Source: Felis catus
Lineage: Eukaryota
Assembly (NCBI RefSeq): GCF_018350175.1
Contig: NC_058368.1
Span: 102,054,001 to 102,118,000, forward strand
Direction of reading: 5' to 3'
DNA: 64,000 nucleotides
In this document: piece by piece, positions 13,561 through 24,460 of the stretch
How the letters are laid out: each line of letters opens with the position of its first letter
How positions within the stretch are numbered: the stretch's first letter is position 1
The notes under the pieces: model-generated
What the model was told of the DNA's origin: nothing
What the model saw: only the letters and a program-made list of their open reading frames with translations
Database searches by the model: none
Made by a program: the position numbers and the translations under genes

Positions 13561-16500
13561 TTGAATATGTAGATACCTGTGAGGCAAAGGGTCTCCCCAG
13601 GCTTGCGCGCAGTTTCTGCAAAATACACAGTACTGTTTGCCTGATTTACTGTGAGAGCAGCAAGAGGAGGGGCTGTAACCCACGTGTAGAAACGCCTCGC
13701 AGCCGCAATGTAAATCACTTCCTGGGGGCCACAGGCACAGAGGCGACTCGCCACCAGGTTGGGCCTCTCGGACAGACGGTTCTGGAATGTTCTAAGGGTG
13801 GCTGGCTCACCGTCTTCCTCCTCGGCTTCAATCCTGCCAGTGCCAATTGGGTCAAAGCGCTGCCGTCGGAACGGCCCAGTCAAAACAGCCTCAACTGCAC
13901 CCCCCGGGACCACTTGGAGCTGAGGCTTCCTGCGCTAACGAGGCAAGATCCCCTTTGAGCAGGAGTAGCTGTGGGCTGGGCACATCACCACCCTGCAGAT
14001 CAATCCGCCTAGTGGAAGCGCTGGGGCAGGAAAATCCTTCCGCCACCTTGCAGGACTTAGAGAAGCCAGGGTTGGGAGGAGCCAGAGAGCGTCGTCCGGC
14101 TATAGGAGGACGCCTACCACGACCGGATCCTAGCTGGTCCTGGCATCAAGGTGGAGGCCAACTATGATAAGAAACCGGAAAGAGTCCCAGTGTCAAGATA
14201 ACATTATGGCAAGGCGGCACGTGGTCCTTAACGAAGACACAATTGCCTACTTTACTCTGCCTAAGACTATGAGTGCTCTGCTAATGAGGCTTCAGCCAGA
14301 ATTTGTTTGGGATATGCAGCTTACCCAAGGGGACTAGATATGCCTGCGTACAAAGGAAATGGAGTGGGCACCCCCTGTGCAAAGTGATCAGCCACGTCAT
14401 CGAGACCCCTGTCAATTATGGTGATGAGATCACCACTGAGCTGCAGAGCAGTAATGAACGTGCCTGTGGAGGAAATCATCACTTCCAGGTGGATTTCAGG
14501 TGGAAGTCAACCTCGTTCCACAACACGCGGAGCACGCTGAAAATGTTTGCACTGGAGGAGACCTCCATATGGGGTTACATCAGCCACCAGCTGGAGGACA
14601 TGATCGTCAGATGCCAGCTGCCCCAAAATTTCATGGCAGAAGGACTCCCCAACCTGAACCAGTCTTCAGGTTTACAGATAACGACTGTGCAGTAAAGTCC
14701 AACAAGCCAGGATGCAGGAACTGTCAGGCACCGGGAAGATGGTCACCTTGGCCCCCATCAGTTACTACCTGGCCGGGGGAAGTGCGCCCCTATTTGTGTT
14801 CCAAGTAATATAGGCATCGATCAGCTAACGAGAAGATCCGCCAGACGGGGCTGCGAGTCATGCTGTTCTGGATGAGGACTCAGTATCCCTTCTGGCCTTG
14901 CACAACCAGGTCAAGAGCACGGATAGCCTGCCAAGTTCCAGAAGCTGCACCAACTGAAGGAAGAGACAGGGAGCTGTTATTGGCAGAAGAGAAGCCGCAC
15001 CTGACCCTGAAGCTCGCCACGGAGAACGAGCTGCTTATGGGCACAGATGTAGGTATGGGTGTGGGCAACGGAGGCCCCTTTTAATTGATGCACGCTCCCA
15101 TGCCACTGAGCTGGAGGGAATGCATGGTCCTGGCCCAGAGCCCAGAGGAGATTGGCAGCTGAAGCAGCTTCTGCCTGAATAGGAAGGAGACTGCAAACAC
15201 GGAGTAGGTCGTCCCAAAGCTGCTGAAGGAAGGTGCCAAGCCAGACCACATCGGCATCATCAGGCCCTTATCCGGGGCTAGCATCCTACCTGATGCAACA
15301 CGTGCAATTCAGAGGCTCCCTGCATCCCAGGAAGTAGAATTCACTCACGTGGACACATTCCAGGGCCAGCAAAAGGACTTTATCTAACGCTCCTGCATAT
15401 GGGCTACCGAGCAACAAGGCATTGGATTTTTAAACAAGCCCAGACAGCTTAACATGGCCCTGACCAAAGCATGATGTGAGGTCCTTGTCAGAGGCGACCC
15501 AAAGGTCCTGTCCTCACAGCAGCACTGGAAACACCTGCTGAGGCTCCTGAACTCTACCTGTAGTAAAGCTTCCTGCTGCTCAGGAAGCCCAGGGAGCGAG
15601 CCGGTCAACACCATCTATGCAGGGGTCAGATATGACCCCAGGAGGCTATGACCCCAGGGCCAGGCTATGATCAGAGCAGCCAGAGCTGGCCCTGGAACGC
15701 GTACTTCCAGACCCATGACCCAGATGGGCATGATCCGTGCCAGGGCCAGCCACACGGCTGCCATGGACATTGCCCATCCCCTTCAACCTGGTTGTGTGGC
15801 CCGTGCTGCCTCGGGGATATTTTGGACAGGCCGACCCAGGGAATCCCAAAAGGCAAGGCCGATCCTGGGGGATGCTGGATGAACAGCTCTGAGCTTCCTG
15901 GGCCCAGCCAGGCATCTCCCTGCCCACCAGGCCAGTCAGGAGGTGGCACTGCAGCCGTTCTCACTGGGCGCCCTGGCTCAGAGCTCTGTCTTCAGAAGCC
16001 AGCCCTCCAAGGTGAGCCAGCCCGAGCTGTCCCAGGCCAGTTACCCTTGGCAATCAGTTTCAGGCACACATCGATTGACGTGCCACTGTTGCAAGGCTCC
16101 TCGCGGAGGCACGGTGCAGTGATGGGGCTGTCCCAGTATACCAGAAGGGGACTCAGTCCAGCAGCACTTATTTTGAATAATAAAAAGTAAAATAAATAAA
16201 TGGATACCTGTTTTCCGCTGCTGGAACTGGAGGGCCACTGTTAGCCACAGGAGAGGAGCAACTGAGGGAGAGAAGGTCCGAGACAGGACAAGCACCCACC
16301 GCTGGCCCACAGGACGAGGAGATGGGAGCCCTCTGCCAGCCCCTGGGCAGGGAGGCCCCATGCCAAAGCAGCCACACTGAGTACCCGGGGCAGAGGGAGG
16401 AAGCCCCTGATCTCAGAGTAGGCCTTTCGTCTGTTTGCTCTCTTCTCTTTTATAGAAAGGGGACGGTGTTTTAGAAAGGAGAAAACTTTGCCTTTGAGTG

Positions 16501-17561
16501 CCCCAGCAGGTCCCTGGCAGGTGGCTCCTTGCAGGCGGCCAGGTTCCACACTGGCCCCCTGTCTGTGTTCTCAGGGGGCTGTCATTGAAAGAAAAAACAG
16601 CATTTGCGGGTTTTCTGCATTTTAAAGATTCTTTCAAAGGAGTACTGAAAAATATCTTCGCGCCGAGTTTGTCTCGCACGTGATAGTGGTGGATGAAGGA
16701 GATGGGAGATGGTTACGATCCTCGAGTTTAGGATCAACACCTGTGACGAGACCCAGAGAAACAGTTCTGCTTTCAGGTTTAGCTGCCAATGGCTGTTCCC
16801 ACATTGAGGGTGGTGAGGGGGCACCGTGCCAGGCCGGACAGCTCCCCGGTTCTCTGGTGCACTCTGAAAATCAAAGCGCTGACCATGTCTGGTGGCCTCA
16901 CCCCCTTACTCCAAGGGGTTCTGGCAAGACTGGCCGTGAGGCCAGAGAGCAGGAAGGTGGCTATTCTCAGGCCAATGGCTCCTTCCCAGAGTCCTTCCCA
17001 AGGATTTGGTGGAAGACAATGGCCAAGAAGGCCCATCTCCGTGGAGATGCCCACAGTCCCTGTGGCCTGTTAGACAACCTGAGCGCCCCACCCCTCTTTG
17101 TTCTCGAACCACCCCCAGATTTAAAGACCCTCTACCTGTGGGCACAGGTTCAATGAGCAGGGGGTGGTATCAGAAATAAGTTGGTCCTGTGCCAGAGTTT
17201 GGAGGAGTCTGTCACATCAGCTAGTGAAGGAGGCATGTACCTGGATGGGGGTTGCAACTGAAAAACATACTGGAGCTTGGAGAACCACCCCTAGGTTCTT
17301 GCTCACCGTGGTGACCCCCCAGTGACCACCTAGTTGGGAACCGTGCCTTCCTAGGTGGTAGGGGCCCTGATCTCCCCTAGACACTGGCACTTTTTCGAAG
17401 CCTCCAGATTCCAGCTTGTGCACTGGAGAGACAGGGACACCCAGGCCACTTTCCTACTAGCCAGGGCTCTTATTTATTACCGCTGCTATCGGGTTCTGGT
17501 TCCCCCCCTTTTTTGGTGGGGTGCATAGACACACAGTATGTGTGAGGCATGACCCACTGTG

Positions 17562-17583
17562 TGACGCGCCCCCTGGTGACTTC
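17562..17583 (-). promoter_or_regulatory. Candidate CTCF-binding motif
   Basis: Minus strand reads aagTCACCAGGGGGCGCgt; 13/14 match to core CCACCAGGGGGCGC. Confidence 0.55.
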
Positions 17584-18099
17584 CATGCCCACCAATTCCG
17601 TCCCACTGTTCCACTCATTGGAATGCTTTGCCGCCACTTTGTGCGATGTGCTTTCTTCTCTACCTTCCTAGCAGCAGTGATTCTGAGTTTTCCCAAACCA
17701 AGGAGCATCTGTACCAAGGCAACTTTGGATTTTTGGTCAATTTGTCTTAAGCTCTTTTAGAGCCAATAAAGTCTTAATGAGCCCACAAACAAAAACTACA
17801 TACGACAGTAACCATGTTGTAAGGAACCGTGACAAAGTCGAGCAGCCAAAGTTCTTACACGTTGTTACATGGTATACAAAATAATACAAAATCTTTGGGA
17901 AAAGATGTGACAGTTTTTAATCAAAGTAAGTAATGTATTTTCCTTATGATCCAGCAATTTCTATGATCTTAGCATTCAAACTAAGACAAACGAGCATACC
18001 AAAAAAAAGACCCGAATGAGGGTATTTATAGCAGTTTTGTCATATCTCAAAACTAGAATGAGTTCAGTTGTCCATCTATAGAATAAATTAAAAATAATA

Positions 18100-18310
18100 G
18101 GGGCACCTGGGTGGCTCGGTTGGTTGAGCGTTCCAACTTCAGCTCAGGTCAGGAACTCCCAGTTTGTGAGTTCGAGCCCCATATGAGGCTCTGTGCTGAC
18201 AGCTCGAGGCCTGGAGTCTGCTTTGGGTTCTGTGTCTCCCTCTCTCTCTGCCCCTTCCCTGCTCATACTGTCTCTCTCTCAAAAATACATAAACATTAAA
18301 AAATTTTAAA
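18100..18310 (+). mobile_element. Can-SINE
   Basis: ggggcacctgggtggctc head, (CT)n, A tail. Confidence 0.9.
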
Positions 18311-18377
18311 AATAAATAAACTGTATAATATTCATACAATGGAATAGTATTCAGCAATAAAAGAGAATGAACTACCA

Positions 18378-18830
18378 TTATGGATTGAATTGTATCCTCC
18401 AAAAAAGAAAGCTTGAAGCCTTTACTCCCAATACCTGAGAATTTGACCTCACTTGGAAATGGGATTTTTATAGAAGTAGTCAAGTTAAAATGAGGCTGAT
18501 GACCAGTAGAACTGGTGTCTTTATAAAAGGGGGGAATTTGGATTCAAAGACTGAAACACAGAGGGAAGATGGTCTGAAGATTCAAAGGGAGAAGACAGTC
18601 ATGTGACTATAGCGATGCATCTATAAGCCAAGGAATGCCAAAGGTGGCTGCCAGATAGCAAATGCTAGAAGAAGCAAGGAAGAACTCTGCCCTAGAGCTA
18701 TCAGAGGGACCACGGCCATTCTAGTGCCTTGATTTCAGACTTCTGGTCTCCAAACTTAGAAAATAAATGTCCATTGTTTGAAGCCGCTCAATTTTTGCTG
18801 TTTTTTATGCCCACCCTGGAAATGAATACA
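18378..18830 (+). mobile_element. MLT1-type (MaLR) solo LTR
   Basis: tatggattgaattgtatcctcc..aagccaaggaatgcc..aaataaatgtccattgtttgaagcc..gaaatgaataca. Confidence 0.85.
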
Positions 18831-19469
18831 ACTACTAAAAAAAATTTACTCTCAGAAGATGATACAGGTGAATAGATAGATGAATCTCAAAAGCCCTATG
18901 TTGAGTAAAAAATCTTTACATGAAAGATGCATACTGTATAATTCACCTTATACGAAGCTCTACGACAGGTAAATCTGTGGTGGAAAAAAATCACAACAGT
19001 GCTTGTTTATGAGCGTGGAAATTGGGGTTGACTGGGAATGGGTGTGAGAAAACTTTCTGGGGTGATGATAATGTTCTATATCTTGATAAGGGGTTGGTTA
19101 ACACAAGTGTCTGCAATTATTAAAACTCAGCAAATGAATGTTAGCAATTTGTACCTTTCATTGTACGTAAATTCTACCTAAAACAAAACACACCCTATAA
19201 ACAAATGCTGAACTCTAGCTAATGGTGTCTGTGGCATTTAGAAAGGAGGGTACTGATGTCTGAAATTTAATTTGAAATGCATCAACGAGTGAGATGGATT
19301 GATGAATGGATACAAAGATGGGTAGGTAGATACGTGATAATGCAACTATAATATACTGTCAATGGTAGAATATAGTTGACGGCTATATGAGTGTTGCATG
19401 TAAATTTCTTTCTGTTCTTTTGCGTGTTTGAGTATTTTCATCATAAAATGTTAGAGAAAACAAAAGAGA

Positions 19470-19900
19470 GTAATGTAGAAGTTAATATCGGAGTTTAACA
19501 TAGGAGTTTACCAAGAAATTAGACAAAGCTAAGGAGATGTGTAGTCAGGCTAAAGAATTAAGAAAAGAACTGAAAATATAGAAGGGTGCATCAGTGATAC
19601 TAGAATCAGTGATTTATAAATACTACATAATTAGAGCTGGAATTATAGAAGGGAAGGAGAAAGAGAATGGGATAGAAGCATTTTTTAAAACATACTAGCT
19701 CAGAAGTTTTCCAAGCAGATGAAAGACTTCAAGCCACATATTCAGTTAATGAAATGAGTTACAAGCATTTCCGTGGAGTACAAAGAAAACCACAGCTACA
19801 TACGTCTAGTCAGATGGTTGACAAAAACAGAAAGCTCTCCAGGCATTCAGAGGAGCAACATTCAGACTGAGAGCTCACTTCTCAATGCAATGACATCTTT
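19470..19900 (+). mobile_element. Old L1 ORF1-region fragment
   Basis: gaaggagaaagagaatggg..gaagca..ttttccaa..gatgaaagacttcaagccacatattca typical of L1 ORF1. Confidence 0.65.
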
Positions 19901-19915
19901 AAAGTGAGGCACAAT

Positions 19916-20157
19916 GGGGGCACCTGGGTGGCCCAGTCACTTGAGCATCCGACTTCAGCCAAGGTCATGATCAGCCCAGGTCATGAATGACCTAGGTAAT
20001 GACTGACCTCAGGTGATAATCTCAGGGTTCGTGGGTCAAGCCCCACGTTGGGCTTTGCTCTGCCAGTGCGAAGCCTGCTTCCATCTCTCTGTCTCCCTCT
20101 CTCTCTGCCCTTCACTTGCTTGGGCCTTCTCTCTCCCAAAAATAAACATTAAAATAA
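19916..20157 (+). mobile_element. Can-SINE with internal ~16-bp tandem expansion
   Basis: TSD tttaaagtgaggcaca 19898-19913 and 20158-20173. Confidence 0.92.
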
Positions 20158-21329
20158 TTTAAAGTGAGGCACATGGACAGAGCTAGCATTCCTTAGCCTA
20201 ACCGCTTCACAGACCTTATCCCGTTTAATCCTCATATCTCCCCAGCCCCCAAACTGGGCTGTACTAATGTCCCCATTGTAATAAAATGAAATTGAGGCCT
20301 GAAAAAGTTAATGATATACATAAATGTGGACAGCTCACCAGTGGTAAAGATTTCAATTTAGCTGCGACAGACTGCAAATATATTCATCTGATATATTATG
20401 CTTCCTCCTATATTATAAATGTTCTGCTTTTTTTCCCTCCCCATCCCTGTCCATCTGCCTAGGCTCTCGATCTTGATATCCGCTGATTTGGCAATCTCCT
20501 TGCCAAGTCTTGTAGCAGTTATAACAATATACTTGGGGTTAATAGTGAAAAAGGGGAGAGAGAAAGAGAAAGTGAATGTGCTTGAACACTAGTATCTAAT
20601 ATTGGATAACAAGGATACAGATCACATTATTGTATGGTGCCGGAGCACTGACTGTAGAGAGAATACATTTAATTGGCATCTTTTCTTTGAATACAGTATA
20701 TCTAGTCTCCATTTTGACACCCTAGTAGATGACTGAAATGCTACCTTGCGTCTTGTTAACACCGGATTGTAAAGTGTGTATTATTATAGAAAATTGACAG
20801 GGTGATGAGCTGTCACTTTAGCTAAGAGAATATCCTATTTTTAATGAATATTATTTCATAAAGAAATGTGCTGATGACAGCTTATTTCAGTGGAAACTGT
20901 TGATGCCTAACCTTTCTGCTAGACAACATCATATCAGTGGTGACTATACCTGAAAAAAACGATACCAGATCCTAGAAATGTGTGAGAATAATTGTTGATA
21001 AAGGACTACCTAAGAGTAAGCAGGAGTATGTTTAGTGTAGTGTGTTAGCATATATGTTACAGGAAGTTTTGGAGGGGGATATATTTTTTATGATAAGATA
21101 GTGATGCAGATCCCAATAATATTGTTATTATATTTTTATTTAAGCCTGTGATGAGATGAAAACCTCTGTCTTCAGAATAAATGTGTGTGTGGAGGTGAAC
21201 TCACAAACGTGCGTACACATCTATATATCTATATAGATATACATATGCATATAGATAAAATTCCAAAGTCGATACCTACATAAATGCATCCAATCTGGCA
21301 CCTAAACTCCAATCTTCTACTGATCACTG

Positions 21330-21520
21330 GAATTAGGAGAACCAAGGTCAAGGCCTGATTCTATACGTTTATTTAGTCATCTTGGGAAAGTCACTTCATC
21401 TCTTATTTAAGTTGATTTTACTTCTCAGTTAAAACGAAGACAATAATATTGCCCTACATGCTTCAGAAGGTGGCCAGGAGGCATTTCAAAGAGCTCATAC
21501 GTATGAAATAAACTTGATAT
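21330..21520 (+). mobile_element. MIR fragment
   Basis: cttgggaaagtcacttcatctc..aaaacgaagacaataatattgccctac. Confidence 0.6.
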
Positions 21521-22309
21521 CGCAAAAAGATACCACCACTAGGTATATACTTGTATGTTATTATATTAGGTATTATATATTAAGTATAATTATGAATATA
21601 AATACAAATATTATGATACGGGCTAGGAGTCACCAAACTATGAGTTCAAATAAGGGCCAATGGTTGTTAACAATAATAATCTAATTTCAACATTCCATTG
21701 CCCAGATGCTGATGAAGCCACCTCGAAATCGGACCCAGCTTGTTCTAGGAAACAAGGGGAAGCTTAGGGAAGCTTGTGGAAGGTCTTCTCGTGTTCCTGG
21801 TTCTGCTCACTAATACTTCCATGAAGCCATCAGAGGTGCCCGTGCCACCTCGTCCCAGCCTATCCGTCCAAAGTGACATCTGCATCCAGATGCCACCTTC
21901 ACACCCCCCAAAGTGGTCGATGATCAAAGGGCCCAGAGTGCCGCTGTGCTCCTGTCCTGCACCCAGAGCGAGACAATGCCCATCACACTGGCACCATATC
22001 CAAGTCACTCTTTGTCGCACTGGCAAGAAGCCGTGTTTCTAAGCGCCCTCTGTTTCCTCCTGCCACCCTCTCTGCCCACAGGACCCTGTCAGGAGTCCAG
22101 GCTTACAGCCCAAAGTCTTGGGCAGACAGTACAGTTTTTCCCATTCCTTCTGGCCTCTTCCTTTCCTTTCTCCCTGTATATGAAAACCCCTGGTCTCATT
22201 TTCTTCTAACCAGAAAGTATTTTCTAAGTGGCATCCTGTCAGGCATATTTCACCAGTTTGCCAGACTTGGCTAGAAATGTCTGACCAAAATCGAATTGGG
22301 CACGCTTAG

Positions 22310-23250
22310 TGTTCAAGTTACTCGTGGCTGTGTAACATACTTTAGTGACCTCAGACAGTAGTGGTGTTTTGTTGTTCACAATTCTCTACATTGACTGGAT
22401 GGTTCTTTTGCTGGTCTTCCTGAGCTGGCTCATGGAGAGGAATTCAGTGGAGTTAACTGGCAGCTGGGCTCAGCTAAAACACTGGGATGGCTATGCCCCA
22501 AGTGTATACCAAATAAAGACAGAAGCTGCCAGTCCTCTTAAAGCTCAGATTCTCAGATGCACAGCACTATTTCCATAGCATTCTGTCGCTCAAAGGAAGC
22601 CACAAGGCCAGCCCAAGTTCAAGGAGATATGGCTTCTACTTCTTGACGGAAAAGGCGCACAAATAGGAAGATGATAGGAATTGCTGGAGTGGCATCTTTG
22701 AAGGCAAGCAAGCGACTAGAGCTGAGCCTCTGGAGGCCACAGCGCACAACCCTCGCACCTGCAGAATACACAGTCCCCCTCCCAAGACCCCCACATCTCA
22801 TCCAATTCCAGCATTAGCTCCAAGTCCTGGATTTTATCATTAAATCTGTTCCACACGTAGACAAGTCTCCCCGGATTCAGTTACTCAGATGCACCTGCTC
22901 AAGTGTAGCTCTCTTGATGTGTGAATGAAAATGACTGGTTAATCTGCCTCCCCCCTCGCCCCCCACATATACAAGATGCAATAGGGAGAGGGGGGTGGGG
23001 CAGGAAAACCGTAACAGGGATTCCTGTTCAAGAAAGGGGACTATGGAAGGTACACAGAGCTACTGCTCCATAGCAATTCTGAAACCTGGCCAGGGACATA
23101 TTTTTAGGTCCCCTACTATGGGGACAGGGAATGTTACTTGATGAGGGACCAGCTCTGCCCTCTGGGAATAACTCTCCCGACTCGTCGTTCTGTTGGCTCC
23201 TGGCTTGTGCAGGAGGCTCTTGGCTCTGTTCTCAGTACAAATAAAGAAAC
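22310..23250 (-). mobile_element. Old MLT1 (MaLR) LTR plus internal fragment
   Basis: ggctgtgtaaca..; cacaaggccagcccaagttcaagga; internal-like ggggcaggaaaaccgtaacagggattcctgttcaagaaaggg. Confidence 0.6.
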
Positions 23251-23937
23251 AGCCACCATCGCACAATCAGTGTACCATTTTGGGTCTCTGACAACGCATT
23301 CGGCTTGCCAACAGCTGACCAGGATTTCTTGAAAATTCAACAGGGGCCGTGTAACCTTCCCATTCGTGTGAACACATTCAACTGTGCATGTGGCAACGCT
23401 GAAGTCACTTGTATAAACTCATCAGAATACTTATGCAACGAATACACGAATAATCTATGTAAGTTATGTGCAAAGTGAAACTGTCTTCTACCACACTTAA
23501 GCTGTGAAGAAATATTTCTTGTGACCTAGGAACTGCAATAGTGTTTTCATGTCTCTTAAATGTGCTCTTTTTCTTAGTCCTAGAAAGGTAAGGAGGACGT
23601 AGCTTCCTCCAGACCCAGAAGTGAAACTCGGGGCTATCGCTGACTTCAGAAGTGCCTCAAAAGAAGAAAAAAGCAAGAAGAGATATTTGCCGGGATCTCT
23701 CTCTCTGTCTCCTGGATATCTGTGGTAAAGAAAAGAAACCTTCTAATTGGACACAGTATAGTACCCTTTGGGAATAATAATACTAACAATACTTCAGCTC
23801 TCAGGCTCTTCCATGCTTCTGGGAAACTGTCTCATAAAAGTTTTAGGTGAGAAGTCCAGAATCTGAGAAACAGGTGCATATCAAAAATATTCCTGTGTAC
23901 CCCAGTAGTCGACCCGCATTAAAATAGATTTCCAATA

Positions 23938-24155
23938 GGGGCGCCTGGGTGGCTCAGTCGGTTGAGTGTCCAACTTCAGCTCAGGTCACGATCTCACGGT
24001 CCGTGAGTTCGAGCCCCACATCGGGCTCTGGGCTGATGGCTCAGAGCCTGGAGCCTGTTTCCGATTCTGTGTCTCCCTCTCTCTCTGCCCCTCCCCCGTT
24101 CATGCTCTGTCTCTCTCTGTCTCAAAAATAAATAAACGTTAAAAAAAATTTTTTT
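23938..24155 (+). mobile_element. Can-SINE
   Basis: TSD aaatagatttccaata 23922-23937 and 24156-24171. Confidence 0.96.
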
Positions 24156-24249
24156 AAATAGATTTCCAATAATATAAATATTAATTGCAATGTTATTGAT
24201 CCTTTTCACCATCCTTCCTATAATTACTTAAATAAGCAAATATATATAT

Positions 24250-24460
24250 GGGGCTCCTGGGTGGCTCAGTCAGTGGAGCATCCAACTCTTGATTTTGACT
24301 CAGGTCGTGATCTCACAGTTTGTGGCTTCGAGCCCCACAGCAGGCTCTGCCAGTTCAGAGTCTGCTTGGGTTTCTCTCTTTCTCTCTCTCTTTCTCTGCC
24401 CCTTCCCTGCTCATGCATTCTGTCTCTCTCAAAAATAAATAAGTAAACTTAAAAAAAAAA
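24250..24460 (+). mobile_element. Can-SINE (older subfamily with cttgattt insert)
   Basis: ggggctcctgggtggctcagtc..actcttgattttgactcagg. Confidence 0.9.

Larger units (their letters stand above)
13118..17791 (+). pseudogene. UPF1: Processed (retrotransposed) pseudogene of UPF1/RENT1 (SF1B RNA helicase, nonsense-mediated decay); full-length mRNA copy
   Basis: Intronless, colinear UPF1-like peptides: ggcaccATG at 13294 MRWRAEGPSSRTLILLD..FTDFTLPSQ (UPF1 MSVEAYGPSSQTLTFLD..FTDFTLPSQ); DNSVAKPRQLFTELNFE; GPLGQTVLEC..VFLLGF; ENPSATLQDLEKPG; NYGDEITTELQSS..FQVDFRWKSTSF; GTGKMVT; KLLKEGAKPDHIGII; YFQTHD; ends HGAVMGLSQY at 16139 (UPF1 ends HGGVTGLSQY). Many frameshifts and stops. ~1.65 kb 3'UTR, AATAAA at 17765-17770, A-rich remnant, degenerate TSD aaaactactcac (13106-13117)/aaaactacatac (17792-17803). 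Confidence 0.96.
17804..19460 (+). mobile_element. L1ME-like 3' end (host of UPF1 retrocopy; 5' piece at 13060-13117), interrupted by a SINE and an MLT1 LTR
   Basis: ccttatgatccagcaattt; tttatagcag; aactttctggggtgat; tail attttcatcataaaatgtt. Confidence 0.75.

Noticed and set aside
13203..13913. 236-aa minus-strand ORF
   Set aside because: Antisense shadow of GC-rich UPF1-derived sequence; no independent protein similarity recognised.
13294..16190. Functional UPF1 retrogene
   Set aside because: Multiple frameshifts and stops, altered Walker motifs, large deletion, lost stop codon.
20800..20878. C/D-box snoRNA-like pattern (GTGATGA..CTGA ~70 nt apart)
   Set aside because: No terminal stem and no recognisable rRNA/snRNA antisense guide.
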